A stretch of 64,000 bases of DNA from a virus: positions 13,745 through 77,744 of the IMG/VR virus record IMGVR_UViG_3300012164_000002; one strand, written 5' to 3'. Positions 36,081 to 44,758 of the stretch are shown one piece after another. Position 1 is the first letter of the stretch; every line of letters begins with the position of its first letter. The position numbers and the translations under genes are program-made. The notes below the pieces were generated by a model. The model saw only the letters and a program-made list of their open reading frames with translations. It was not told the origin of the DNA and searched no databases.

Positions 36081-36520
36081 GCGCTCCGATCGGCTACACG
36101 TACCTGCTCACGAACGGCCGGCTTGCGCAGGGGAGCGCTCCGCCGTCGAACGCGCAGCTTCCGTTCGACGTCATCGTGCTCGCAGCGAAGGAGTATCAAG
36201 ATCAAGGTCCGAAGGCGCGCGTGACGCTCCCAGGATACGAGATCATCCGCGCGCCGCTCGATGACAGCGGGCCTCCGCCGACACTCGTAGAGAAAGCGAT
36301 CATTCGACGAAGCGCTCGAGAGGTCGCTCAAAGAGTGCGCGCGGGAAAGCGCGTGCTCGTGACGTGCATCCAAGGCCGGAATCGATCCGGCGTCATTGCC
36401 GGGCTCGCCCTGGTCGAGCTGGGGCTATCGCCGGCCAACGTGGTCGAGCGCATACGCGCGCTGCGTGACGGGCTTGCAAACCCATACTTCCGCGCAATCG
36501 TCAAGGATGGTACGGTCTGA
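36077..36520 (+). CDS. dual-specificity/PTP-like phosphatase
   Basis: PLDD loop and VLVTCIQGRNRSG (CX5R). Confidence 0.85.
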   Translation: MSAPIGYTYLLTNGRLAQGSAPPSNAQLPFDVIVLAAKEYQDQGPKARVTLPGYEIIRAPLDDSGPPPTLVEKAIIRRSAREVAQRVRAGKRVLVTCIQGRNRSGVIAGLALVELGLSPANVVERIRALRDGLANPYFRAIVKDGTV

Positions 36521-36523
36521 GCT

Positions 36524-36934
36524 ATGGCAAGAGTCGCCGGCAAAGGCCGTTACGCAACGGAAACATATCCGGAGGCGCCTCGCTTGGAGGGGCCAACCGG
36601 GCCGACGGGTCCCGGAGGAGGCGGTGACAGCCTGCTGCGGCTCATCGACTCCGGATCAGTCGAGATCGCCGACGTCTCTTCGGTCATCTTAGGCCCGTTC
36701 ACGCGCGCCGCCAACGAGCGCATTGGAGTTTTCATCTACGCGCCGGACATGCACGAGGGCGAGCACTGGGGCGGCGAGGCCGTCGCCTCTCAAGGCAACA
36801 TGGAGATCGCGTGGCGCTTTCTGCGTAACGAGATCGCCGATCCAGCCACGCAGTTCAACGTGCAGATCACGCACGACTCCGGATCCGAGTCGCCGCGCAC
36901 GGTCGAGTGGGCCGTCTACGGATTCTCCGTTTGA
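36524..36934 (+). CDS. spike-like protein
   Basis: Tag GKGRYATETYPE followed by GPTGPTGP. Confidence 0.65.
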   Translation: MARVAGKGRYATETYPEAPRLEGPTGPTGPGGGGDSLLRLIDSGSVEIADVSSVILGPFTRAANERIGVFIYAPDMHEGEHWGGEAVASQGNMEIAWRFLRNEIADPATQFNVQITHDSGSESPRTVEWAVYGFSV

Positions 36935-36945
36935 AGAGGTAACCC

Positions 36946-37629
36946 ATGGCTCACATTGCAGGCAGAGGGCGTTACGCGCGAGAGACGTACCCCGAAGGAA
37001 GCGCAGGCGAAGGCCCCACTGGGCCTACTGGCCCCGCCGGCGGCGGCAGCGAAGGCGCGTCGTGCCTCTTGCAGGTCGGCTACGATCAGCCGCCGTCGAC
37101 GATCATAGCGCCGACACAAGTCGGAAGCGCGCCAATGCCGCGCACCGATCCGGCGACCACGCCGCTTGCCGTAGAGTTCGCCGAAGTCACGCGCGGCAAC
37201 GTCGTGGAAGTCGAGTGGGCCGCCACTGTCGGCAATCCGGGCGGCGACGGCAACGTGAGCGAGCTCCAGTTTACGGGCAGCGTCGCCGTGTCGTTCGTGC
37301 CGGCGCCCACGTTCCCCACCGACTTTTTCCTCGTCGCCAATTCGCAAGCGGGCACGCGCATTCCGGCTCCCGTCGGTCCGAACCAATCGGACTCGACGTA
37401 CTATTCGATGAGCGCGCTGGCCGCGTTCACCGTCCCCGCAGGCGTCGGCGACACGGTGCCTCTCACGGTGTGGATGCTCTACACCGCATCGCAGGGTGCG
37501 GTCATCGGCGGCACGAACCTGGCTGGCTTCGTTCCGGGCGTGGGGATCACGCTCAAAGCGACAGAGTACAACGCGGATTGCGTGCCCCAGCCGGGGCCGT
37601 TTCAACTCTTGCCGTTCGGCGAGGGCTGA
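36946..37629 (+). CDS. spike-like protein
   Basis: Tag [12 protein letters not shown] followed by GPTGPTGP; beta-rich domain. Confidence 0.65.
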   Translation: MAHIAGRGRYARETYPEGSAGEGPTGPTGPAGGGSEGASCLLQVGYDQPPSTIIAPTQVGSAPMPRTDPATTPLAVEFAEVTRGNVVEVEWAATVGNPGGDGNVSELQFTGSVAVSFVPAPTFPTDFFLVANSQAGTRIPAPVGPNQSDSTYYSMSALAAFTVPAGVGDTVPLTVWMLYTASQGAVIGGTNLAGFVPGVGITLKATEYNADCVPQPGPFQLLPFGEG

Positions 37630-37753
37630 TAGCCGTTCACTTCGCGCGATCACTCTGGTCGGACCACCGGCGATCGTCAGCCGTCGGACCGCTCGTAACT
37701 GCTTGACAATTAGTGCTTCCTCGGATCTGGGCCGCAGGAGTACACTGTGAGGC

Positions 37754-39634
37754 ATGTACGCCCCCTATGGCGGCTCGCCCGCTCGAACCCAATCGCGCAC
37801 GTCACTCGTCCACATAAACGGGAGACCTGCAACGTTCGGGATGGGTGAACGGCTCGAGGGGTCTCACGGAACAGTCGACGGCTTCTTCGACGTCCTGGTC
37901 GACATAGTCACGGCGCCCATCACGCTCCCCGTCAAGGCGGCTGGTCAAGTCGCGACGGCGGCCGTCCAAACGGCAGCCAACGCTGCGGGGATCAACGTTA
38001 AGATCAACCCGATCGAGATTCCGATCGTGAGCGACGTTTCCAACATCATAGCGAGCGCCGCCGCGCAGCCGTTCAAGCTCGCGGACGCAATCGCTTCCGG
38101 TGAGCGGCTCGACAGGGCACTCATCGACAACTTCAAGCGCGACTTGAAGATCATCAAAGACGTCGCGCCTTACGTGCAGACCGTCGTCTCGTTCGTGCCG
38201 GGGATCGGCACCGGCGTGGCAGCGGCAATCGCTGCCGGCACTGCGCTCGCAGAGGGCAAGAGCATCGACGAGGTTGCGAAAGCCGCGCTACGCGGCGCGG
38301 TCCCGGGCGGACCGGCAGGCGCCGCAGCGTTCGACGTCGCAATGGGCGTTGTCGGCGGCAAGAGCGTCGACAAGGCGGTCATCGAAGCCGCACGCGCTCA
38401 GCTACCGGAAGGCGCCAAGCAAGCGTTCGACATCGGCGTCGCTATCGCGACGGGCGAGAATCTTCAGAACTCGATCGCTCAAGGTCTCTCGGATCTCGCG
38501 CCCGCTCAGCTCAAGTCGATCATCGACACCGGCGCGCAGGCGGTTGCGAAGATTGCGCCGCTCGCTACGGCCATCAAAGGGATCGCCGCCGGCGAGCCGC
38601 AAGAGGGGTTCAAGCTCGCCGCCGGCCTCCTCAGCCAAAAGGGGATCAGCGAGAAGGCGGTCTCCGCCGTGCGCGGCAAGCTCACTCCCGCGAAGCTCTC
38701 GGGCTTCGACGCTGCGCTCAAGGTGCAGGCGCCGAAGATCGGCTGGCTCGACAACGTCGTGAAAGCGCCTCCCGTGATCTTCATTGCGCCGATGGCGCCG
38801 CGTCCTCCGACACCGGAGGACATGGACAAGAAGATGCTCGCGGCGCTCATGGTGCTCGGCGCGAACCCTGCCGACAAGGCCGCTCGTCAACAGCTCGTCG
38901 GTACGTCGTGGCAGTGGGCCGCAGCGTGGCAGGGCCGAATGAAGCCTGCGGACACCACGCTCGCGAACGCGCTCGGGGCGTGGGCGAAAGCTCCCGACGA
39001 CAAGGCCGTGTACGCGGCGCTCATCGACGCGGCCCAGAAGTGGGGTGTGACGAAGGGGATCCCGGTGCCGAAGAAGGCCCCTCCAGTGCTGAAAGCCCCA
39101 CCGGCGAAGAAGCCCCCGATTCTCAAAGCAGCGCCGACGCCGGCACCCGTGAAGAAGACGCCGGCGGGCGCGCAGATCGTGGCGTCGACGGCGCCGGGGA
39201 AGCCGGCCCCAGTCGTCCCGCCGGCTACAGCCATCGCAGCGGGTCGATACGCGCCGTATCCGAAGGAGATGACGGCCTTGAGCGGTCCGCCGCACGGAGG
39301 CCATGGAGGCCACGGCCACGGCGGGCACGGGCATCGACACGGCGGAGGAGGCGCCCGCACGTTCGCGCGCGGTGGCTCCCGGCAGATCTGGGCGGCGCCT
39401 TGGTGGGGCGAGCCCTACAACCCCGAGGTCGTGACGCGCACCGAGACCTGCCGCACGTGGGGCGATCCGATCTCGCCGCTGCTCCCAGCAATGGACAAGG
39501 CGGCCAGGATGGCCCTCGGCATGTCGAGCGGCAAGCCCACGATGGTGCGGGGCCCCGACAACGTGCTCTACCTCTTCGCGTTCGAAAACGGCGTCATGAC
39601 GGCACGCGCGTGCGCGGCCGTCGCCGTCGCCTAA
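37754..39634 (+). CDS. large Ala-rich helical virion protein (DNA delivery candidate)
   Basis: 626 aa; FGMGE..DGFFD, amphipathic helices, Pro/Lys linker, His/Gly tract. Confidence 0.6.
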   Translation: MYAPYGGSPARTQSRTSLVHINGRPATFGMGERLEGSHGTVDGFFDVLVDIVTAPITLPVKAAGQVATAAVQTAANAAGINVKINPIEIPIVSDVSNIIASAAAQPFKLADAIASGERLDRALIDNFKRDLKIIKDVAPYVQTVVSFVPGIGTGVAAAIAAGTALAEGKSIDEVAKAALRGAVPGGPAGAAAFDVAMGVVGGKSVDKAVIEAARAQLPEGAKQAFDIGVAIATGENLQNSIAQGLSDLAPAQLKSIIDTGAQAVAKIAPLATAIKGIAAGEPQEGFKLAAGLLSQKGISEKAVSAVRGKLTPAKLSGFDAALKVQAPKIGWLDNVVKAPPVIFIAPMAPRPPTPEDMDKKMLAALMVLGANPADKAARQQLVGTSWQWAAAWQGRMKPADTTLANALGAWAKAPDDKAVYAALIDAAQKWGVTKGIPVPKKAPPVLKAPPAKKPPILKAAPTPAPVKKTPAGAQIVASTAPGKPAPVVPPATAIAAGRYAPYPKEMTALSGPPHGGHGGHGHGGHGHRHGGGGARTFARGGSRQIWAAPWWGEPYNPEVVTRTETCRTWGDPISPLLPAMDKAARMALGMSSGKPTMVRGPDNVLYLFAFENGVMTARACAAVAVA

Positions 39635-39817
39635 GACGGCGCCCGTGCTCTTTTACCCCTACGCGCTCGTTCCCGGTCAGGGATGGGTCCCGCTCGGCGG
39701 CAGATGGGTCTCGGCAGACGGCGCGCAGGCGTCGACGGCCGACGCGCATAGGTTGAGCGCTACCGCGTGGGGCGCCTACATCTGGGATGGCTGGAACATG
39801 ACGTGGTCAGTCGGGGT

Positions 39818-40129
39818 CTAGGAGAGAAGCTTCTCCGAGAGCTTCTTCTCGAGCGCATCTAGCGCTTCGATGTAGTTCTTCCCAGACGCACTAGGCCCGT
39901 CGTCGTTCTTATCGTCACTCGAAGCGCGCACGTACATGAGGCCGTCGTCTCCGAGCTCGGAGATGATGAATCGCACCGTCGGCGGCTTGCCGGTGAGCCA
40001 GGCGTCCACCATCCACCCGCGTGTCGTCGGATGGATCACGCCCTCGGCCAGGACTTCTTCCTGATAGCGGCCGGGGATCAACTGCTCGCCTTCGTCGGTC
40101 TCGCCCTCGTCGTCATCGTCTATTCCCAC
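39818..40129 (-). CDS. hypothetical acidic protein
   Basis: 103 aa; last gene of the minus-strand operon. Confidence 0.55.
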   Translation of the reverse strand: MGIDDDDEGETDEGEQLIPGRYQEEVLAEGVIHPTTRGWMVDAWLTGKPPTVRFIISELGDDGLMYVRASSDDKNDDGPSASGKNYIEALDALEKKLSEKLLS

Positions 40130-40464
40130 GGGAGCTTCACTTTCTTCGCGCGCTCGCGCATCTCCGCCTGACGCGCCGGGCTCAACGCCGAGAAGAGGTT
40201 CTGCGCTTGCTCGTCGGGCGCCGCGCGCTTCTTCAAGTCGACGGCGTACCAGATGTCGCGGATCTTATCCCGCTGCTTCTGCGTGAACTCGAGCGTGTCG
40301 TCGTGCTGCCGGCGCACGTCGCAGATGAACTTCCTCTCCCAGTCCGAGAAGGGATAGCCGCCGCGGCTCGTGGGCACGTCGACGATCTCTTCGAGATCCG
40401 CGAGCTCTTTGAGCGCGATGGTGTCCTTGCGGAGCTCGGTGACGGTGTCGTGCTTCACCATCAT
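40120..40464 (-). CDS. hypothetical protein
   Basis: Coupled ORF MMVKHD... Confidence 0.55.
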   Translation of the reverse strand: MMVKHDTVTELRKDTIALKELADLEEIVDVPTSRGGYPFSDWERKFICDVRRQHDDTLEFTQKQRDKIRDIWYAVDLKKRAAPDEQAQNLFSALSPARQAEMRERAKKVKLPWE

Positions 40465-40664
40465 CTCGGCGACTCCACGCAGAGGCACTCGTTGTCTACC
40501 ACCTTGCCGTGGCCGTGCGCGCAGACTCGCTTCGAGCACTCGTTCGAGTTTTGACAGGAGACGGCCCACATGATGCCGACCACGAAGATACCGAGAACTA
40601 GCGAGACCGGCCCCACTACCGGCCACGCTAGAATCGTGAAGGATACGTCGTCGTCGTCGATCAT
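40461..40664 (-). CDS. small membrane protein with Cys-rich tail
   Basis: TM followed by C..C..C..C.C. Confidence 0.55.
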   Translation of the reverse strand: MIDDDDVSFTILAWPVVGPVSLVLGIFVVGIMWAVSCQNSNECSKRVCAHGHGKVVDNECLCVESPR

Positions 40665-40921
40665 GATGGGTCCTTGTACTCGATGGGCGCGGCGTTCTCG
40701 TGCCAAACGAGATCGCACCCGATCGGTGCTTTCATCGGACTGTCGACGTGATCGCGGAAACACGCTGCGCAGAGCGCGATCCACTTCGCTTCGCCAAGAG
40801 TTCCGTCGGGGCGCTTGAAGTTGATGCCTTCGTGTAGTTGGAAGATGTGCGCGGCGTAGGGGTTAGGGCGGTGAACGCAGCCGAGCAGCACATCTCCAGG
40901 CTTCGGTGTCACGATTAACAT
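40661..40921 (-). CDS. hypothetical Zn-binding protein
   Basis: GCVH..CAAC. Confidence 0.5.
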   Translation of the reverse strand: MLIVTPKPGDVLLGCVHRPNPYAAHIFQLHEGINFKRPDGTLGEAKWIALCAACFRDHVDSPMKAPIGCDLVWHENAAPIEYKDPS

Positions 40922-40923
40922 CG

Positions 40924-41187
40924 TTACTTCCAGTTCGACGCCCAAGGCGCCGGCGATTCGACGGTGACTTTCCGGACGTGGTGCAGGCACGGCGCGCAGA
41001 GGATCGACGCGGCGAGCTGCTCTCGCGTTTCGAGATCGACCACTTGAGTGAGAACAGCCGAAGGGCGACCGCACGCCGAGCACGGCTCCTCTCTGAGTCG
41101 CCTGAAACGTCCGAGCACCCACGCGAACGAGAACACGAACTCGACGACGAGTCCGAGGAAGATCCCAAGTACGAGCGGCCCGATCAT
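40924..41187 (-). CDS. membrane protein with Zn finger
   Basis: N-terminal TM, CSAC..CAPC. Confidence 0.5.
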   Translation of the reverse strand: MIGPLVLGIFLGLVVEFVFSFAWVLGRFRRLREEPCSACGRPSAVLTQVVDLETREQLAASILCAPCLHHVRKVTVESPAPWASNWK

Positions 41188-43001
41188 CCGACTAGATCCT
41201 GTGCGAGGCGCATCTCGCTCCGGCCTTCGCCGTCGATTAGGTCGAGCCCTCGAAGACGACTGAGGTACGTGATGAACGTGCCCGTCTTGGCGCTCAGGTT
41301 CGACCGCTCGGCGAGCTCGACGCGGGACAACGCGTTGGGGAACGCTTCTTTCAACGCAACCATCATACGCCCGGCCCCGCTGTCCCGGCCAACCTCGTGG
41401 AGCCAGTAGTTGAAAAGGGCGTCGCCGGCGGGCAGCGGCTCGTAGTGCCCGAGCGCCGTGACACCGGCGTCGGTGATCCGGATCATCGCCGTCGCCCCAC
41501 GCTCTCCGCCCTCGATCCATCCCGCTGTGCGCCCGCGACTCAAGTACGTGATGAACGTACCGGTTCTCGGCGAGAGACCGGCGCGGATCGCGAGGGTGCG
41601 ACGCGAGAGCCCCTCGGAGCTTTGCGCGAGCGCGATCATCATGCGGCAGAGACCGCTCTCGCCGATGCTGGGGTCTCTCGACGCCCCGTTCGACGCGCCG
41701 TTCGGCTTGAACGCCCTCTTCGGGGGCGCCGGAGAGGGCGCCGGCGGGGGTGTCTTCTCGGCTTGCGCCGCTCGCAGATCTTGCCCGTGGAGCACTTCTT
41801 CGTCGACGAGCACGTTGCTCGCTAGCCTCTCTATCTCATCGAATCCGCGTTTCAGCTCCGAGGCCATTCGCCGTTGCATGCGCTTCCAGTTTACCGGCAC
41901 CACCGCTTTCTTGGGTACGACGGCCGCCGCCACCGCTCGCCCTTTGCGATCCGCGTCCAACATGGCGATGCCGAGCTTCTTCTCGAGCTCGACGATGCGC
42001 TTGTCGCGATCCGAGAGGAGCTTCTTGATCTCCTTCGGGTCCTCGGCTTTGGCGCGCTCGATGGTCTCGGCCATCCGAGCTCGGATCTTCTCCAAGTTCG
42101 GCTTTGCGCCTGGGCCTCGAGCCGTCCGCATCTTCTTGCCTGGCTTCGGCGTGTCCGACGAGTCGAACGTGCGGCGCATCCGAATGGGCACGACGCCTTC
42201 GAACTCGAGCCAGCCCGGCGACACGATGAGCGCGCTTCCCTTTGGTAGCTTTCGCACCTGGTCGGAGAGATCCTTGAGCCGCTCTTTCTCGACGTGATCG
42301 CCGAGCCAGTCCATGACGGCCGCGCGCGACTTAGGCCCCACGGTGCGGAATGCGACCATGGCGTCCGCGAGCTCGGCGACGTCCTTGTTGATGCGCGCGC
42401 TCCGCTGGGTGAGAACGCACACACCAACGCCGACGTTTCTGCCCTCCTCGACGAGCTGTTGCCACGCCGACACGCAGAGCGCGAGATCGGGACTCCCCGC
42501 GGGGACGATCTGCGGGATGTACCGCGCGCCCTCGTCGAGGAACTGCATGAGCGGCTCTCGCCGACGCCCGCGAATGATCTCGCCTTGGCGCTCGAAGAGC
42601 CGGCGCGCGTAGGCCGTCGCGAATCGAATGCGCTCGCCGACAGACCACATCTTACCGGTCGACGTGCGACTGAAGTCGACGAGCACGTTGCACGACTCCT
42701 CGACGACTGTATCGGCGACGGCGAGCCCGCTGTCGGGATAGATCGGAATGTCGCCGTGGATTCCGCCGAGGATGAGGCACTTCACGCCGGGGCCTTTGCC
42801 GTCCGCCGAGTGCGTGATCCCCCACGAGACGCCGAGTGGATCGAGCCACGACCAGCGGTAGCTCACCTTGTCGAGCTCTTCGGCGACGACGGCGCCGAAC
42901 ACCGTCTTGCCCATCCCCTTGCCCCCGTACACGATCAGAGTCGATGTCACCGTGTCAGGCGGCAGCGCCAGCACGTTGGAGATCACGAGCCGCTTCTTCA
43001 C
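41184..43001 (-). CDS. HerA/FtsK-like (DUF87-type) ATPase with tandem C-terminal winged helices
   Basis: Walker A YGGKGMGKT, Walker B FLDEG, EEGR..G..TQRSA, two GTFITYLSR wHTH repeats. Confidence 0.85.
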   Translation of the reverse strand: MKKRLVISNVLALPPDTVTSTLIVYGGKGMGKTVFGAVVAEELDKVSYRWSWLDPLGVSWGITHSADGKGPGVKCLILGGIHGDIPIYPDSGLAVADTVVEESCNVLVDFSRTSTGKMWSVGERIRFATAYARRLFERQGEIIRGRRREPLMQFLDEGARYIPQIVPAGSPDLALCVSAWQQLVEEGRNVGVGVCVLTQRSARINKDVAELADAMVAFRTVGPKSRAAVMDWLGDHVEKERLKDLSDQVRKLPKGSALIVSPGWLEFEGVVPIRMRRTFDSSDTPKPGKKMRTARGPGAKPNLEKIRARMAETIERAKAEDPKEIKKLLSDRDKRIVELEKKLGIAMLDADRKGRAVAAAVVPKKAVVPVNWKRMQRRMASELKRGFDEIERLASNVLVDEEVLHGQDLRAAQAEKTPPPAPSPAPPKRAFKPNGASNGASRDPSIGESGLCRMMIALAQSSEGLSRRTLAIRAGLSPRTGTFITYLSRGRTAGWIEGGERGATAMIRITDAGVTALGHYEPLPAGDALFNYWLHEVGRDSGAGRMMVALKEAFPNALSRVELAERSNLSAKTGTFITYLSRLRGLDLIDGEGRSEMRLAQDLVG

Positions 43002-43210
43002 GACGCCCCCTTGCGTGCGTTGTCGGCCGTCACGCAGTCGCGGAAGTATTGGATGACGGCGTCGGCCGTGTTCGTTTGATCGAACCGTTCGCAGTACGGC
43101 ATCGTGTGGAAGAACGTCGGTCGGTCGTTCTCCCTCGGCGCCTTGAACGTCACCATGCCTTTGCAGGCGCAGCAACGGATCGTCACGTTCTCGGGCAGCG
43201 GCTTTTTCAT
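42998..43210 (-). CDS. small Cys/His protein
   Basis: CCAC..HTMPYC; coupled. Confidence 0.5.
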   Translation of the reverse strand: MKKPLPENVTIRCCACKGMVTFKAPRENDRPTFFHTMPYCERFDQTNTADAVIQYFRDCVTADNARKGAS

Positions 43211-43392
43211 GGGACCTTCTTCCAGGTGACGTACACATTGCGGTCATCGAAGGTGACGTCGCACACCGGGAGCTCTTTTTTCAGTACACGCCAGAGACGC
43301 TTCGGGCTTGGCTTGGCGTTCTCGATGGTGACCTTCGGATGCGTCGCGAGCGCGATGCGGATTACAGCCGTGAGATCGGAGAGCGTTCTCAC
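43207..43392 (-). CDS. hypothetical protein
   Basis: GTG overlaps the recombinase stop. Confidence 0.45.
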   Translation of the reverse strand: MRTLSDLTAVIRIALATHPKVTIENAKPSPKRLWRVLKKELPVCDVTFDDRNVYVTWKKVP

Positions 43393-44543
43393 GCGATCAC
43401 CCTCGTCGTTCGACGCTTCGCGAAGAGCTCCTCGGTCGCCCGCTTGTCGTAGTTCGCGGTCGTCTCCACCGACTCGTGCGCCATGAGCACTTGCACCTGC
43501 CGGATGTCGAACCCTTGATCGAGTAGGCGCGTCGCGAACGTGCGCCGGAAGTCGTGGGGCCCCGTGACGACGTCGATGCACTTGCATCCGCTTTTGCACT
43601 TGCCGTCGCCCCCGAAGGCGTCGTGCGCGGCCTCTCGCACGAGAGACCAAAAGCTCCACGACGACAGCACGCAGTCGGGCCGATTCGGCGAGCAGAAGAG
43701 CCCCCCGTGCGTCGCGCCGATCCGAGCTCGCTCCTCGAGCCAGGAGTCGATGGCGGCTTGCATCTGCGCATCGATCGGCATCTGCTTTTCCTTGTTGCCC
43801 TTGCCGACGACGGTGAGGGTCCCGGGGGAGAGGCCCTCGACGGCGAGCCGGGCGATCTCCTCGCGCCGGAGCCCCGCGCCGATGGCGAGCACGATCGCCG
43901 TGTCGAGCATCGCCCCCCGGTAGCCGTCGAACCCCCTGGCCGCCTCTCTGAGCGTTCGCTCCTCGGGGGCCGTCAAGGCGCGTCCGCGGGGCTGCCGGGC
44001 GCCAGGGACGCTCTTCAGAGCGCCGGAATGAACGAGCTCGTGCTGGTCGGCCGTGACGAGCTTCAGGGCGTACATCGTGCGGATCAAACCCCGTAGGTGA
44101 GACAGCGTAAGGTTTGCAGTGCCGGGCGTAATCTCTCCGCGGCGCGTGGCCTCGTAGAGCGCCGTCCGGATCGTCGTCACCTGCTCGTAGCCGAAGGCCG
44201 GCCAGGGGATCTGCGTGGGGTTCGCGTCGTCATCCCTCAAAACGATGCGGGAAAGCCGCCTGAGAGCGTCCAAGGCGTTCTGCCGGCTCCTCGGCGAGAG
44301 CTGCGACCGGAGGTACGCCGCGACGGCCCTGGCGCCTTCTGCGAAGGGGTCCCGCACTGTGGGGGCGGCGGATTGGACGTGTGTGGTCCCCGGAGGCACC
44401 ACGACGACCACGGCGGCCGTGGGAGCCGTGGGAGCCGGCGGCTCGGTTCCACTGGAACTGGTAGGCGTTGATGCGGAATTGCCGTTTTGCGCGTCCGACG
44501 GCGTCGCATCGGAGTTGCTAACCTTATCTTCATTATCCGCCAC
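43389..44543 (-). CDS. tyrosine recombinase/integrase (XerC-like)
   Basis: GAGLRREE (R), GKGNK (K), PHDFRRTF (HxxR), MAHES..TT..Y; start position uncertain. Confidence 0.92.
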   Translation of the reverse strand: MADNEDKVSNSDATPSDAQNGNSASTPTSSSGTEPPAPTAPTAAVVVVVPPGTTHVQSAAPTVRDPFAEGARAVAAYLRSQLSPRSRQNALDALRRLSRIVLRDDDANPTQIPWPAFGYEQVTTIRTALYEATRRGEITPGTANLTLSHLRGLIRTMYALKLVTADQHELVHSGALKSVPGARQPRGRALTAPEERTLREAARGFDGYRGAMLDTAIVLAIGAGLRREEIARLAVEGLSPGTLTVVGKGNKEKQMPIDAQMQAAIDSWLEERARIGATHGGLFCSPNRPDCVLSSWSFWSLVREAAHDAFGGDGKCKSGCKCIDVVTGPHDFRRTFATRLLDQGFDIRQVQVLMAHESVETTANYDKRATEELFAKRRTTRVIA

Positions 44544-44572
44544 TTCCTAATCTTACATGGATAAGGTTGGCA
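44516..44572. promoter_or_regulatory. paired 11-6-11 dif-like recombinase sites (attP/res candidate)
   Basis: Minus-strand GTGGCGGATAA-TGAAGA-TAAGGTTAGCA and plus-strand TCCTAATCTTA-CATGGA-TAAGGTTGGCA. Confidence 0.6.
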
Positions 44573-44758
44573 GATTCAAGCCGCTCCGACGGCCGTTTTG
44601 CGCCCACGAACGCGCGAGCGGCCCGCACGCTCCATTGCACGCACCCCCGGGGTTTCGGAAGGGGTTTCCGTCGGCGTGCAGGAGGCGTGCAGGCGGCCTT
44701 TTGACGGGCACGTGGTGAGCACTGGGGCCGGAGGGGGTCGAGGGTGTACCCTTCCACC

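Noticed and set aside
37703-37731. Perfect TTGACA upstream of 37754 as a canonical promoter
   Set aside because: No -10 at 16-18 nt spacing. The TACACT box lies 32 nt away, so the two do not form one promoter.
39635-39817. Short repeats (GATGGGTC x2, GGCAGA) in the convergent intergenic gap
   Set aside because: Too short and too few to distinguish from chance. No clear terminator or att core.
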